DNA of 64,000 nt, from assembly GCF_009914755.1 (NCBI RefSeq), contig NC_060929.1; one strand, 5' to 3'. Numbering within the stretch: position 1 is the first letter of the stretch; each line of letters begins with the position of its first letter. A model generated the notes under the pieces. The model was not told the origin of the DNA. It was given only the letters and a program-made list of their open reading frames with translations, and did no database searches. This DNA is from the human T2T-CHM13v2.0 reference genome, Homo sapiens. This document shows positions 1-12,354 of the stretch, one piece after another. The translations under genes and the position numbers were made by a program.

Positions 1-90
1 TTTAGGTTACAGTTTGCTACATACAAAGAATCTTTTAGGCTGAATTTAAAATGTATGAAGAGGCAGCTTTAGGCTAAACTTGATTTAACA
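1..90 (-). mobile_element. 5' end of an ERV1 (MER57-like) LTR, truncated by the window edge
   Basis: Reverse complement begins TGTTAAATCAAGTTTAGCCTAAAGCTGCCTC, resembling the recalled start of MER57-group LTRs; subfamily uncertain. Confidence 0.6.
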
Positions 91-174
91 GTTATCTACA
101 AAACATTTCAACCCCAGGAAATCATATCGTTCTTACAAGGACACTAAGATGCAGAAAGAACATGTATTACACCT

Positions 175-310
175 TCTCTTTTACAGAGAGAAACGAAGAA
201 TCAGAAAAGGTTAAGTGACTTACCCAGGAAGATATCATTAGAAAGTATTCAAAAAGTAGAGAATAAAATAATGGCCTAAATTAGAACCCAGAAGTCTGGA
301 CTCTGAATCT
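175..310 (-). mobile_element. MIR SINE fragment
   Basis: ttttacagag...ggttaagtgacttaccca...agaacccagaagtctggactc matches the reverse MIR core. Confidence 0.6.
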
Positions 311-661
311 TCTGATTCAAAGTCACATGCTGACCTCCAGCTAAAAGATCTACTGCATTGAAGTGTGAGAAAAAGTTAGAGGAATCACTTTTACAGCCCA
401 GAAGCTTATCACCCCAGGACAGAGAAAAGTGATTACCTAATCTCTGGAGCAAGACAATATGCTTGAAAACAAGGTAGAGTTAGGATGGGGATGGGGAAGG
501 GCAAATGGAAGGAAGAAATAACTTGATACATTATTTTGAGCTCTCCTGTAACTTATTAAGGGCTTGCCTGAGAGACTTCTATACTGGAGAAAAGATTTCT
601 TTCCTCAACCCTCGCTAGACTCAGGGCTGAGCCCCCTATATCTTGTTAAAGAATAGATTAA

Positions 662-1065
<404 letters not shown>

Positions 1066-4000
1066 TACACATTTATTTAATATAAGTTTTAGGTGACGTG
1101 GGAGTCTTCAGAAATTAAGACTCAAAGAAACAGGAAAAACTGTATTTTTATGCTTAGGTTTGATAAAGAGTGGACAGTTGTACAGAAGCATGATAGGATA
1201 AAAGGGGGTATGATCTAATGGTAATAAACTGGGTTGTGGGGAAACTCAACAAGGCCTCTTTGTTTAGATTCTTACTTGTGTCTCTGTGTCTTCATTCTTT
1301 TCTTCTGGGTAGGGGAAGGACCACTCTGGAATGAGGGTCTTATCTACTTTCGAGGAAGGTTAGAGAATTCTTTTATGGCCTGCTACAGGGAAGAATGTTG
1401 AGAGAAGGTCAGAAAGATCTCCTGCTTCTGCTGTTTTCTCAAATGCCAAGGTACCATATTTTGAGGTAGCATGTTCTGAACTGGGTCATTCTGATTATAG
1501 AGATGTCCCATTGTGAAGAGAAAATGCCCCTAACTACCAGTGTCATTAAGACAAGCGTGGAGTTGAAGTCCAGGAGAAGCAGGTTATGAGGCAGAGAATG
1601 TTTTCTTCTACTCTCAGGGGATTATGGGAAGGAGAGTCCAGAATACCTCATGACAGGTAAGCGAGGTGAATCATGATAGGTAAGTGAGGCAGTCTCATGG
1701 CCCTTTTTCAGTTCCTGTGTGGCATAGCAAGGACACGTGAGTCCTTATTCCCCGTGAACATGTCCAGGAATGTAGCTGAGTTGGAAGCAAGAAGTTTGTC
1801 ATGGAGACTGAATTGGTTAAAGCAATGTGATCCTATAGCCAAGGCAGAGAGTGGAACACTCACTTGGGAGAGTCAGTGGAGATTTTGTGAGTCTCTGTAT
1901 ATATGAGGGCCTAGGTTAGACACTGTGTGCCAGTAACTGCTGCCAGGCCCTCACCAAACAAGAGAAGGAAGCAGTACAACTAGCTAGTGTTGTCCAAAAG
2001 ATGGGAGGAACTAAGGACCCTGACTGAGTAAGTCTTCTCTTCTCTTTATAATCATATTTTAGAAGTCACATCTTTTATTCATTCCCCATATCTCAGACAT
2101 GCCAAGTATTGCTGATGAGAGGTTCAAAGATAGAGCATTTCAAAATGGGCTGAGCAATATTATTTTAAAAGGTTTTTAAATGATTGGGCCAAACTATATT
2201 TTAAGTTGAATAGCTACTCAACTAAATTATCCCATTAACTACTCAGCAGGGGCTCTGTGAGAAAATCAGATTATTTATCGACAAATTAAGAGATCTATAT
2301 AAATTGTGGTGTGAGTGAGTGAATTTTGGACTCCACTACACTTGTATATTACAGAGAAATTGTGCATTGAAAGCTACTCAGTTATTCATTCAAAATAACT
2401 GTTCCCAAATTATGAGTTTTAGACTTTTATGTGGACCAACAGGTCAAACCTGGAAATGTTTAAAATTACTATAGCTTTTTATTTTACCAGTATTCATGAA
2501 GAACTGGATAAAAAAAAATTATAAAATAGCCCATAAAAAGCGCTTCCCTTAAATGGAAAGTGTTACTGTAAAGAAAAAAAAGGGAAATGAAAACGTTAGC
2601 CTGAGGCACTAGAGTCATGAATATCTAGAGACCTAAGGAATTCCATTTTCTCACCCATATGTGAATTGAAGGGAAAAGAGTGGAACATTTTCCCACCACC
2701 ACTTTTGGACATGATATAAGCTGTCAACATTTCTAAATGTTCTATGGATATGAAAATGCAAATAACTCCATTCTGGTACTAGGGATGATGTTTGAGTTTA
2801 TGCTGCATTTGATCCGGAGTCAAGTGCATCTGATCATTCAGCACAACTATTTCTTGACTTCTCTGGGTCAGATGTTTGATTATACCATTGTTTTAGCGGA
2901 AACCGTAAGTTCTGTGAATTGCCTCTTTTTTCCCCATGTTTGGAAGGTTCTCATTGTTAATATGTTAAATCTTTAATTGCCCACAGCTGGAAGTTTCCTT
3001 CAGTAATTATGAGATTCTTTCTGCATTTACATTGTTGATCATCCAGTGTGAAACTCTGTAATAGCCCTTATTTAACTCTTCTCGAGTGCTTGAAAAATCA
3101 CCACTTTGGAGACAGGAACAAGATCTGATTAGATTCTTTTTTCCCCCTTTTGTCGTTTGAGTGGGTTCCTTTTGTTAAAAGCAGGCAGGTTTAAAATATT
3201 TAAAAATCATTCTCAATTGCTTTGGGGATTTAAATTTTTTTCTAGATTCAAACCTGGAAGCCTTGATCCCAATCTAAAAATTACCTTTTCTCCCTACTTT
3301 TATGAAGGAAAAAAGCTACTTCATCCATTTTTAATTTTTAGAAGCATAAAATGCTATGTATGTGCTGGAGAATTTTCATTCTTTTCCCATTTGAAAAGTG
3401 GTAAGTTAGCTGGTTTTCTTCCAAGACAGATTTATGAAATTATTATTACTTCACCTATTGTTATTTCATCCATTTTGAAATAAATTCTTTAAAATCATTT
3501 TTTGAATCTGCCTTTGGCTTAGTTTAATGTAAAGCTTTTAAAAAGCTTCAAGGAGAGCCACTGAGTTGAAAATGACAGCCCTCTACAGAGATTTATTCAC
3601 CATCACCACTTAGAATCGATATTCTTTTGGTTGAGAGGCATGATTGTAATTTACATTATCACAGTACTCAATAAACATATATTAATTTCCTCTTCTCAAA
3701 AGAGAGATGAGGTTTCCCTCTAGGGTATGAGACCTTAGCACAGGAGTTGATACATACATTTTACATTTTAACTTTTCCATTTTAAACTTTGCCATAGCTT
3801 CTTATGTGGGTGACTAAAAACAATTCAGTAACTGCTCACCATAACTGTTTCATATCCACACAGAATCTCTGGGGGGTTTTCTGCATTTTCTGCATTTCCC
3901 ACTGTGTATGTGTTCTTCAAATTCTCTCCTTCTGTGCAAAGGACACTTTCCTCAAGACCCATGTGTTCCCGGCTGGTTCACTGGACCTGAGTGAGGTTTA

Positions 4001-4691
4001 TTGTGTAGCTGTGTGAAATCAAGTGTTCATTAACCAGTCTTCACCCTGGAAACATTTGCTGAGGGAAGCATAACTGTAGGGATTCAAGCGATACTGATGT
4101 GCACCCTTGACACAGGCACAACGTCTCTTCTTGGCTTATCTGGGTGAGAGAGATTACGCATGTACATTATTTTGCAGTAATAATTTTTACTAATGTCAAT
4201 AACTTCTCAATAAGTAACTTCTCACAACATGTAAATGCTGTGCATGGATCATGCTACTTCATCCTTATCATGTCTTTGTGAAGTTGGTGCCATTATTTAC
4301 AATTTTGGAAACTGAGGAACAGAAAACTGTAGTTAATACTTTTCCAAGTTCCAACAGCCAGCAAATGATAAAGGCAATGTGTGAATCCAGGCATTCTAAC
4401 TCTAGAACTTCGGTATTTAATTTCTCTCCTGCACTTTATCAAGTGAGACTCCCATATCTTCATAATGTCAACTTGCTGGATGATGCCAGTGTGGTTCAGG
4501 TCCTAAAATTAGTGTTGCCTGCAATAACTACAGGTGGAACTATAGTATATTTGATTCTACCTTACAGATTTGTGTTTTGCACTTAATTCTTTATGATGTG
4601 TCACTTTTTAGATTTATTAAACATATGCATTCATATTACTTGTCGTGTTATTTAGGCCATGAGCTCAATCAGAATAGGGTCCCTATTTCTC

Positions 4692-4754
4692 TCCATCCAT
4701 CCATCCATCCATCCATCCATCCATCCATCCATCCATCCATCCATCCATCCATCC
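4692..4754. repeat. (TCCA)n tetranucleotide microsatellite, about 15 units
   Basis: Perfect repeat; source of the HPSIHPSI ORFs. Confidence 0.97.
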
Positions 4755-5000
4755 TATATATATATTGAGCTAATACCAAATACCAGGCCTTGGTATATCC
4801 TTTATCTACTAAATACATCTTGTTTCCTAAAACAAGTGGGTTAAATAACTTGTCAAGAGAGGAGAAAAATATCAGGGAAAGTGAGTACTATGAGGAGAAA
4901 AAGGAGAAGAAGAAGATAAGAAAGAGTATCACAGAACCATGGGAGATGGAGAGGTGGGAGCAGCAGGCTGACCACAGACAAAAGGACCTGGCCTGGAGGT

Positions 5001-5450
5001 TGACAAAGATTCTTTGCTTGGCCAAACTTTAGTCAGACCCTTGAGCCTTCTCTTAGGCTCATTTGTGTATCTCCTTGTAAAACCCAGTTTTACCAAGACT
5101 CCTTCTAAGTCAGTTTAGAAAGAACCTCCCACCTTCAATAACAAGTCACCCTCAATATCTGATGGGGCCCTTATCTTCCACCACCACTCAGGTGATGTCT
5201 AATTACCCTGGCCTGTCTTTAGCATGAATCTCCATTACCCTAATATTTCCTCACAGTAACTTTCCATCCTCCAACACCCACCCTGCTCCTTGGCTATAAA
5301 TTCCCAGATGCCCATGCTGTATTTGGAGTTGAGCCCAATCTCTCCTCTCTACGGCAAAATCCCATTGCAGTGGTCTCTGCACCTATAGTGATGGTGCAAA
5401 ATAAAGTCATTCTGACTGTGCTAGTATCACTGAATAATTTTTTTCTTCAG
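5001..5450 (+). mobile_element. Solo LTR, MER31-like (ERV1)
   Basis: Starts TGACAAAGATTCTTTGCTTGGCCAAACTTTAGTCAG; contains CTATAAA (about 5294) and AATAAA (about 5400); about 450 bp. Confidence 0.75.
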
Positions 5451-6977
5451 TGGGCATATATATGTGGTGGGTTATCTATTTGTGTGATAAGGCACATTTC
5501 TGCTTTTGATTCAAGTGATTATTTTTTGCATCTCTCACTGCCTCTAGTTCAGTAACCTGCACATTATGGATACTTCATTAACAGTCACTTTAAGAATAAA
5601 TGAATCATGTAAATGCAAACTGGAAACATTAAATAAGAATGTAAATTAATCAGATAATCTGAAAATAAATTTTAGTAAACACATAAGATGGAGATCCTGG
5701 GTACACTGAAAGAATCTTCTTTGAGACTTGGGGTCTCTGATATGAGACTGATGAGTCATTGGCTTAGCTTAGCGTCACTTCTCCTTGGGAACAATACTGT
5801 GAGGAAGAGCTGTTTAAACCTGAAAATCTGATTGCTTCATTCTCTTGTTCATCTCGATACTGGTTTAATATCTTACTCATCCAAGATACCAGGGGTAATG
5901 GTTCTATCTAAGTGACTGCATTTTAAATTTTAAGAATTCCTTATAAATTGTTCTTGAATCTGTTTTGTTGTTTCCTTCCCTTGGTGGCAAAGTGGATCTG
6001 CGGAAGCATAAAATGTGCTTTACTCAATGACCTAAAAAAATTACTATTTGAATGTATGTTTCAGTTTAAAAGAGGCTTAAAGAAACAATTATGGAGTTGG
6101 GCAGAGAGGGGGAACATTAATCTACTATATTTTTTAAAGTACCTAATGGCTTTCAATTTATTCACGATATGTGACACAAACTCGTATATTTGGAAACCTG
6201 CAAGTATATGTAAATCGCATGTTTAAATTCCTTATGTCCTGAGCTGTTCAGGCCATAGAGTGATTCTGAAACGTAGCTGGAGGAAAGTTTACCAGTTGGC
6301 TGTGAGCTTGACTTAAGGTGCAGGTGTGACACATGAACTGTTATAGTCTCTGCCCAACCACAACTTCAAAAGGCATTCTCCCTATTCATTCCTAAGTGCA
6401 TTCAATGGGCATGGATACCTGCTATGTGGACACCCAAGAGCAGAGATAAGCCTTGTATTATGGTTTCAGAGTTGTTTGTGGGCAATATGAGAGGTGTACA
6501 GTCAGTATTTTAAAGTGCTGCAAAGAGTTCTTTCTGGGTATATCAAGGGCTAGCCATCACGGGAGAGAAATGTGACAGATGCCCTTCAAGTTACCTTGCT
6601 GAGCGGATTTGTGGACTCGTGCTGCTGTTTGATGTGGCTTCCAGCAGACCTTTCATTAAATCCATGCCTTGGGCTGACCCACAGCACTCTGCCCCTGCTC
6701 CAGTGCCCTTCTCTGCATAGGCAAACAGCCAGGACCACAGAAGGTTGTGCTGATGGGCCCGGAGCCTCTTGGGGGCAAGAACTGCCCTGCCCCTGTCTCC
6801 ACAGGCCCTGGCAGATGGGGCAGTGCCCTGCCTGGAAGAGCCATTAGTGTGACCAGATGTGCCCTTGGAGAGCCTGGACCACAATGAACCACACAGAAAT
6901 AACAACTAGCAACAAGGGCTGATTACGTCTCCAAAATTTCAGTGATTTCAAATGGAAACAACTTAGAAAATGGTTGA

Positions 6978-7415
6978 TTTCATGTGCGTCCGTGTGAAGA
7001 GACCACCAAACAGGCTTTGTGTGAGCAATAAAGCTGTTTATTTCACCTGGGTGCAGGTGGGCTGAGTCCAAAAAGAGAGTCAGCGAAGGGAGATGGGGTG
7101 GGGCCGTTTTACAGGATTTGGGAAGGTAATGGAAAATTACAGTCAAAGGGGGTTGTTCTCTGGTGGGCAGGGGCCGGGGGGTGGTCACAAGGTGCTCAGT
7201 GGGGGAGCTTCTGAGCCAGGAGAAGTAAATTGACAGGATTAATCACTCAGTTAAGGCGGGGCAGGAACAAATCGCAATGGTGGAATGTCATCACTTAAGG
7301 CAGGGCAGGGCCTTTTCACTTCTTTTGTGATTCTTCAGGTACTTCAGGCCATCTGGGCCTATACGTGCAAGTCACAGGGGATGCGATGGCTTGGCTTGGG
7401 CTCAGAGGCCTGACA
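6978..7415 (-). mobile_element. HERV-H 3' LTR (LTR7B-like)
   Basis: Minus strand reads TGTCAGGCCTCTGAGCCCAAGCCAAGCC...GGACGCACATGAAA; AATAAA intact at 7037-7042. Confidence 0.95.
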
Positions 7416-7428
7416 TTCCTGCCTCCTT
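7416..7428 (-). other. Polypurine tract of HERV-H
   Basis: AAGGAGGCAGGAA immediately precedes the TG of the 3' LTR. Confidence 0.85.
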
Positions 7429-9230
7429 ATATTAATAAGAAAAATAAAACAAAATAGTGTTGAAGTGTTGGGGAGGCGAAAATTTTTGGGGTGTGGTATG
7501 GAGAGAGAATGGGCGATGTTTCTCAGAGCTGCTTCAAGTGGGATTAGGGGCGGTGTGGGAACCTAGAGTGGGAGAGATTAAGCTGGAGGGAGGTCTTGTG
7601 GTAAGGGGTGATACTGTGGGGTTGTTAGAAGAAACATTTGTCGTATAGAATGATTGGTGATGGCCTGGATACGGTTTCGTATGAATTGAAAAACTAAATG
7701 GAATAAGAGAAGGAGAAAAACAGGTATAAAAGGACTAAGAATTGGGAGGACCTAGGACATCTAATTAGAGAGTGCCTACGGAGGTTCAGCATAGTCCTGC
7801 CAGCAAAGATTATTTATTTACTTCAAGAGTTAAGAGTGGCAGTTTGGGGATAGCACGAGGAGATATCAGCTGTGATGGCTTGGAGAAACAGTGTAAACCG
7901 GCAGTGTAAACCAGAGCAGGGCATGTATGAGTAGTTGAGAACGGTGAATAGGAGTATGACTAGACAGAAGATAGTAGGGATGACAAGTTATTTGGGGGCA
8001 CAGTCTAAGTTAGTCTGGTGTCTGGAATGAGACTGGGGCCTAAAAAAAAGGAGTGTCTATACAGGAGCTTAAATGGGCTGTACCTTGTAGCATTCTGAGG
8101 ACATGTCTGACTTCTGAGAAGGGAAAGTGGTGAAAGTATTGTCCAGTGCTTTTTAAGTTGGTGGCTGAGCTTGGCGAGGTGTGTTTTTAATAGACCATTA
8201 GTCTGTCACTGAATACTAAGAGCCTGAAAAAATGCTTGGCTGATTTGACTAATAAAGCCTGGTCTGTTATCAGACTGTATAGAGGTGGGAAGGCTAAACT
8301 GAGGAATTATGTCTGACAGAAGGGAAGAAATGACTGCGGTGGCCTTCTCAGACCCTGTAGGAAAGGCCTCTACCTATCTAGTGAAAGTGTCTACTTAGAC
8401 TAAGAGGTATTTTAGTTTTTGCAACTCAGGGCATGTTGAGTAAAGCTAATTTGCCAGTCCTGGGCGGGGGCAAATCTTCAAGCTTGATGTGTAGGGAAGG
8501 GAGGGGGCCTGAATAATCCCTGAGGGGTAGTAGAATAGCAGATGGAACACTGAGAAGTGATCTCCTTGAGGATAGATTTCCATGATGGAAAGGAAATGAG
8601 AGGTTCTGAGAGGCGGGCTAGTGGCTTGTACTATAGCATAGCCTGCCTTTGCTGGTGTGTGGCGATTAGGCCTGGTGGAACTGCCATCAATAAACTAAGT
8701 GTGATCAGGGTGAGAAACAGGGAAGAAGGAAATGTGGGGAAATGGGGTGAACGTCAGGTGGATCAGAGAGATGCAGTCATGGAGGTCAGGTGTGGTATCC
8801 GGAATAATATGGGAGGCCGGATTGAAGTCCCGGCCAGGAACAATGGTAATTGTGGAGACTTAACAAAGAGTGAGTACAGCTGAAGGAGCCGGGGAGCAGA
8901 AAGTATATGCGTCAGGTGTGAGTAAGAAAATAGATTTTGCAAATTATGAGCGCTGTAGAGAGTGATTGAGCATAGTTTGTGATTTTGAGGGCCTATTAAA
9001 GTATTAAAGCCGCAGCAGCCGCTGCACGCAGACATGAGGGCTAGGCTAAAACAGTAAGGTCAAGTTATTTGGACAGAAAGGCTACAGGGTGTGGTCCTGG
9101 CTCTTGTGTAAGAATTCTGACCTCACTAACCATGGCTAGGAAGGAAAGGAGTTGTTGTTTTGTAAGGGATTGAGGTTTGGGAGATTAATCACACACGATC
9201 GCAGGGAAAGCACGTGTGTTTTTATGAGAA

Positions 9231-10127
9231 TTATGCCGAGATAGGTAACAGATGAGGATGAAATTTGGGCTTGACCGAAGTAATGGGGGCTGTCTGTGAA
9301 GCCTTGCGGCAGTACTGCCCAGGTAATTTGCTGAGCCTAATGGGTGTCAGGGTCAGTCTAAGTGAAAGCAAAGAGACGCTGGAATGAGGGGTGCAGTGGA
9401 ATAGTGAAAAAAGCATCTTTAAGATGGAGAATGGAATAGTGAGTTGTGGCGGAAGGTATTTTGAGGACAAAAGAGTGTACGGGTTGGGCACCACAGGATG
9501 GATAGGCAAAACAAATTGGTTGATAAGGCGCAGATCCTGAACTAATCTGTAAGACTTGTCCGGTTTTTGGACAGGTAAAATGGGGGAATTGTAAGGAGAG
9601 TTTATAGGTTTTAGAAGCCCATGCTGTAGCAGGTGAGTGATAACAGGCTTTAATCCTTTTAAAGCGTGCTGTGGGATGGGATATTGGCATTGAGCGGGGT
9701 AAGGGTGATTAGGTCTTAATGGGATGGTAACGGGCATGTGATCAGTTGCCAGGGTAGGAGTAGAGATGTCCCATACTTGTGAGTTAAGGTTGGGGGATAC
9801 AAGAGGAAGACGCGAAGGAGGCTTTGGGTTGGGGAGAAGGGCAGCAATGAGATGCAGCTGTAGTCCAGGAATAGTCAGGGAAGCAGATAATTTCGTTAAA
9901 ATATCTCGGCCTAATAAGGGAACTGGGCAGGTGGGGATAACTAAAAAAGAGTGCATAAAAGAGTGTTGTCCAAGTTGGCACCAGAGTGGGGGAGTTTTCA
10001 GGGGTTTAGAAGCCTGGCCATCAATACCCACAACAGTTATGGAGGCAAGGGAAACAGGCCCTTGAAAAGAAAGTAATGTGGAGTGGGTAGCCTCCGTATT
10101 GACTAAGAGGACGGACTTAACTTCCAC
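9231..10127 (-). pseudogene. HERV-H pro/pol remnant (protease and N-terminal RT), defective
   Basis: Protease active-site region reads LLVNTEATHS (DTG lost); PLLGRDIL, SPYNSPILPVQKPDKSYRLVQDLRLIN; frameshift before LKDAFFTIPLHP, which is in ORF 9358..9690. Confidence 0.92.
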
Positions 10128-10193
10128 TGTGAGAGTTACCCGAAGCTGGGCGTCCGTGATGGTCTACGGAGCTTCTGAGGTGATTGGGCAGTG

Positions 10194-10513
10194 TCAGTCT
10201 TCAGCTGCTAAGCCGAGAAGCAGTCAGTCAGAGAGCCTCGGGCCAGAGTTCCAGGGGCTCTGGGAGTTGCTGCCAGGTGAGTCGAACAGTCCGATTTCCC
10301 GTGGGGTCCCGCACAGATGGGACATGGCTTAGGAGGAATCCTGGGCTGCAGGCATTCCTTGGCCTGGTGGTCAGATTTCTGGCACTTGTAGCAAGCTCCT
10401 GTGGGAGGAGGTTCTGGAGGAACGCCTGGCCGCTGCGGTTCAGGCGTTTGGAAGTTCTTGTGTGCTGGAGATGTGGCTGGGGTTTGTCTCACAGTGGAGG
10501 CAAGGAATTGCAA
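10194..10513 (-). pseudogene. HERV-H gag nucleocapsid remnant with two CCHC zinc knuckles
   Basis: CYKCQKSDHQAKEC and CPICAGPHGKSDC in ORF 10208..10513. Confidence 0.9.
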
Positions 10514-11498
10514 CTTTTTTTCTATTATTGTACACCTTGAAGGCGAGGTTAATTAAATCCTGTTGTGGGGTTTGAGGGCCGGAATTTAACTTTTGTAGTT
10601 TTATTTAATGTCGGGAGCAGATTGGGTAATAAAAAGTATTTTGAGAATAAGACGGCCTTTTGACCTTTTAGGGTCTAGGGCTGTAAAGTGTCTCAGGGTT
10701 GCTGCCAAACAAGTGATGAACTGGGCTGGATTTTTATATTTGATAAAAAAGATCCTAAACGCTATCCGATTTGGGATAAAGAAGAAGGAGCATTAACCTT
10801 GACTATGCCTTTAGCTCCAGCCACCTTTTTAAGAGTCAATTGCTGGGCAGGTGGGGGAGGGCTAGTCACGGAACGAAACTGTAAGCCGGACCAGGTGTGA
10901 GGCGGGGAGGTGATAAAAAGATTATAGGGTGGGGGAGCGGAGGCTGAGGAAGAATTGGGATCTAGCTCGGCCTGGCGAGGAGCAGCCTGGGGAGGAGGGG
11001 AGAGGTCAGATGGGTCTGTAGAAAAGGAAGATTAGAAAGACTCAGCAACACTTCGAGTTGGTACTGTGGGGACAGGTGGGAGGGAAAGAAGGAAGATTTG
11101 GGACGAGTTGCACTGGGCACAGAGACTAGGGAGGGACTGATGTGTAAAAGAATGCCTGGACGTCAGGCACCTCAGACCGTTTGCCCATTTTACGACAATT
11201 ACTTAGATCTTGCAGGATGGAAAAATTTAAAGTGTCATTTTCTGGCTATTTGGAACTACTATCGAGTTTGTACTGGGGTCAAGCGGCATTGCAGAAGAAA
11301 ATAAGGCATTTAGGTTTTAGGTCAGGTGTGAGTTGAAGAGATTTTAAGTTTTTGACAACACAGGCCAAGGGAGAAGGAGGAATGGAGGGTGGAAGGTTGC
11401 CCATAGTGAAGGAAGCAAGCCTAGAGAAAAGAGAGAGTAGAGACACGGAGGGAAGGGGTTCCGGGGTTCTTACATTCCAGAAAAGTGGGAAAGGGGCT

Positions 11499-11770
11499 GG
11501 GGCACAGAGATAAGAGGTCAGGGGGTGGAAATAAGGGATGGGGAGCAGAGATAAGTCAGGTTGTGGAAATAAGGGGTCGGGGTGCAGAGATGAGGTCAGG
11601 GTGTGGAAATAAGGAGTCGGGGTGCAGAGGTGAGGTCGGGGCATGGAAATAAGGGATTGGGGCACAGAGATAAGATGTCGGGGTGTGGAAATAAGGGATT
11701 GGGGCACAGAGATATAAGAGGTTGGGGTGCAGAAATAAGGGATTGGGGCGCAGAGATATGAGGTTGGGGT
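11499..11770. repeat. Minisatellite in the HERV-H leader, about 6.5 units of 38-44 bp
   Basis: Unit approximately ggggtgcagagataagaggtcggggtgtggaaataagggatt, starting at 11499, 11541, 11579, 11619, 11659, 11701 and 11745. Confidence 0.9.
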
Positions 11771-12202
11771 ACTTGCCCCTCCTCCAGAAAAGCGGGACTT
11801 GCCACTAAGAGTGAAGGAGAAGGGGTTGGGGGTTTCTTGCCCCCCAGAAAGGTGGAGAAGGGGTAGAGACACAGAGAGAAGGGGTTGGGGTACTTGCCCC
11901 TTCCCTAGAAAAGCGGGACTTGCCGCTAACCAAGGCAGGCGTCCCTGCGTGGTCTGACACTTCTGAAACGTGGGTGAATAATCAGAGCGGTGTCCCTGCA
12001 AGGATTAAACACCAAGGGAAGGCTGCCTTCCCTAGTCCATGACCGGCGCTGGAGTTTGGGTCCACGGATAAAACGTGTCTCCTTTGTCTCTACCAGAAAA
12101 TGAAAGGAATTGAAATTAAGAGAAGGGAGAGATTGAAGAGTGGAAAGGAGAAAGTGGTTGAGGGACAGTGAGAGAGGTTGGAGAAGAGAGTAAGAAGAGG
12201 CC

Positions 12203-12211
12203 GCTTACCCG
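12203..12211 (-). promoter_or_regulatory. HERV-H leader major splice donor
   Basis: CGG|GTAAGC on the minus strand (GT at 12208-12207), about 130 nt downstream of the PBS. Confidence 0.8.
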
Positions 12212-12334
12212 GTTTAAAATTGGTGAGATGTTCCTTGGGCTGGCGCGTCTGAGGACCTGAGGTCGTAGGTGGATCTTTTTCATGGAACAAGGAACAAGAC
12301 GACAGGGGATTGATCTCCCAAGGGAGGTCCCCCG

Positions 12335-12352
12335 ATCCAAGTCACGGCACCA
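12335..12352 (-). other. Primer binding site, tRNA-His
   Basis: TGGTGCCGTGACTTGGAT, 17/18 match to the tRNA-His complement TGGTGCCGTGACTCGGAT, 2 nt from the 5' LTR. Confidence 0.95.
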
Positions 12353-12354
12353 AA

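Noticed and set aside
4577-4844. ORFs with HPSI repeats
   Set aside because: Translation of the (TCCA)n microsatellite.
6760-6830. CTCF-like motifs beside the provirus
   Set aside because: Only partial matches with mismatches in core positions; not supportable without ChIP data.
9231-10127. 298-aa ORF as a functional retroviral enzyme
   Set aside because: The protease catalytic DTG reads NTE and the RT frame shifts before the LKDAFF motif.
11499-11770. CRISPR-like repeat array
   Set aside because: Contiguous degenerate tandem units with no unique spacers, inside a human ERV.
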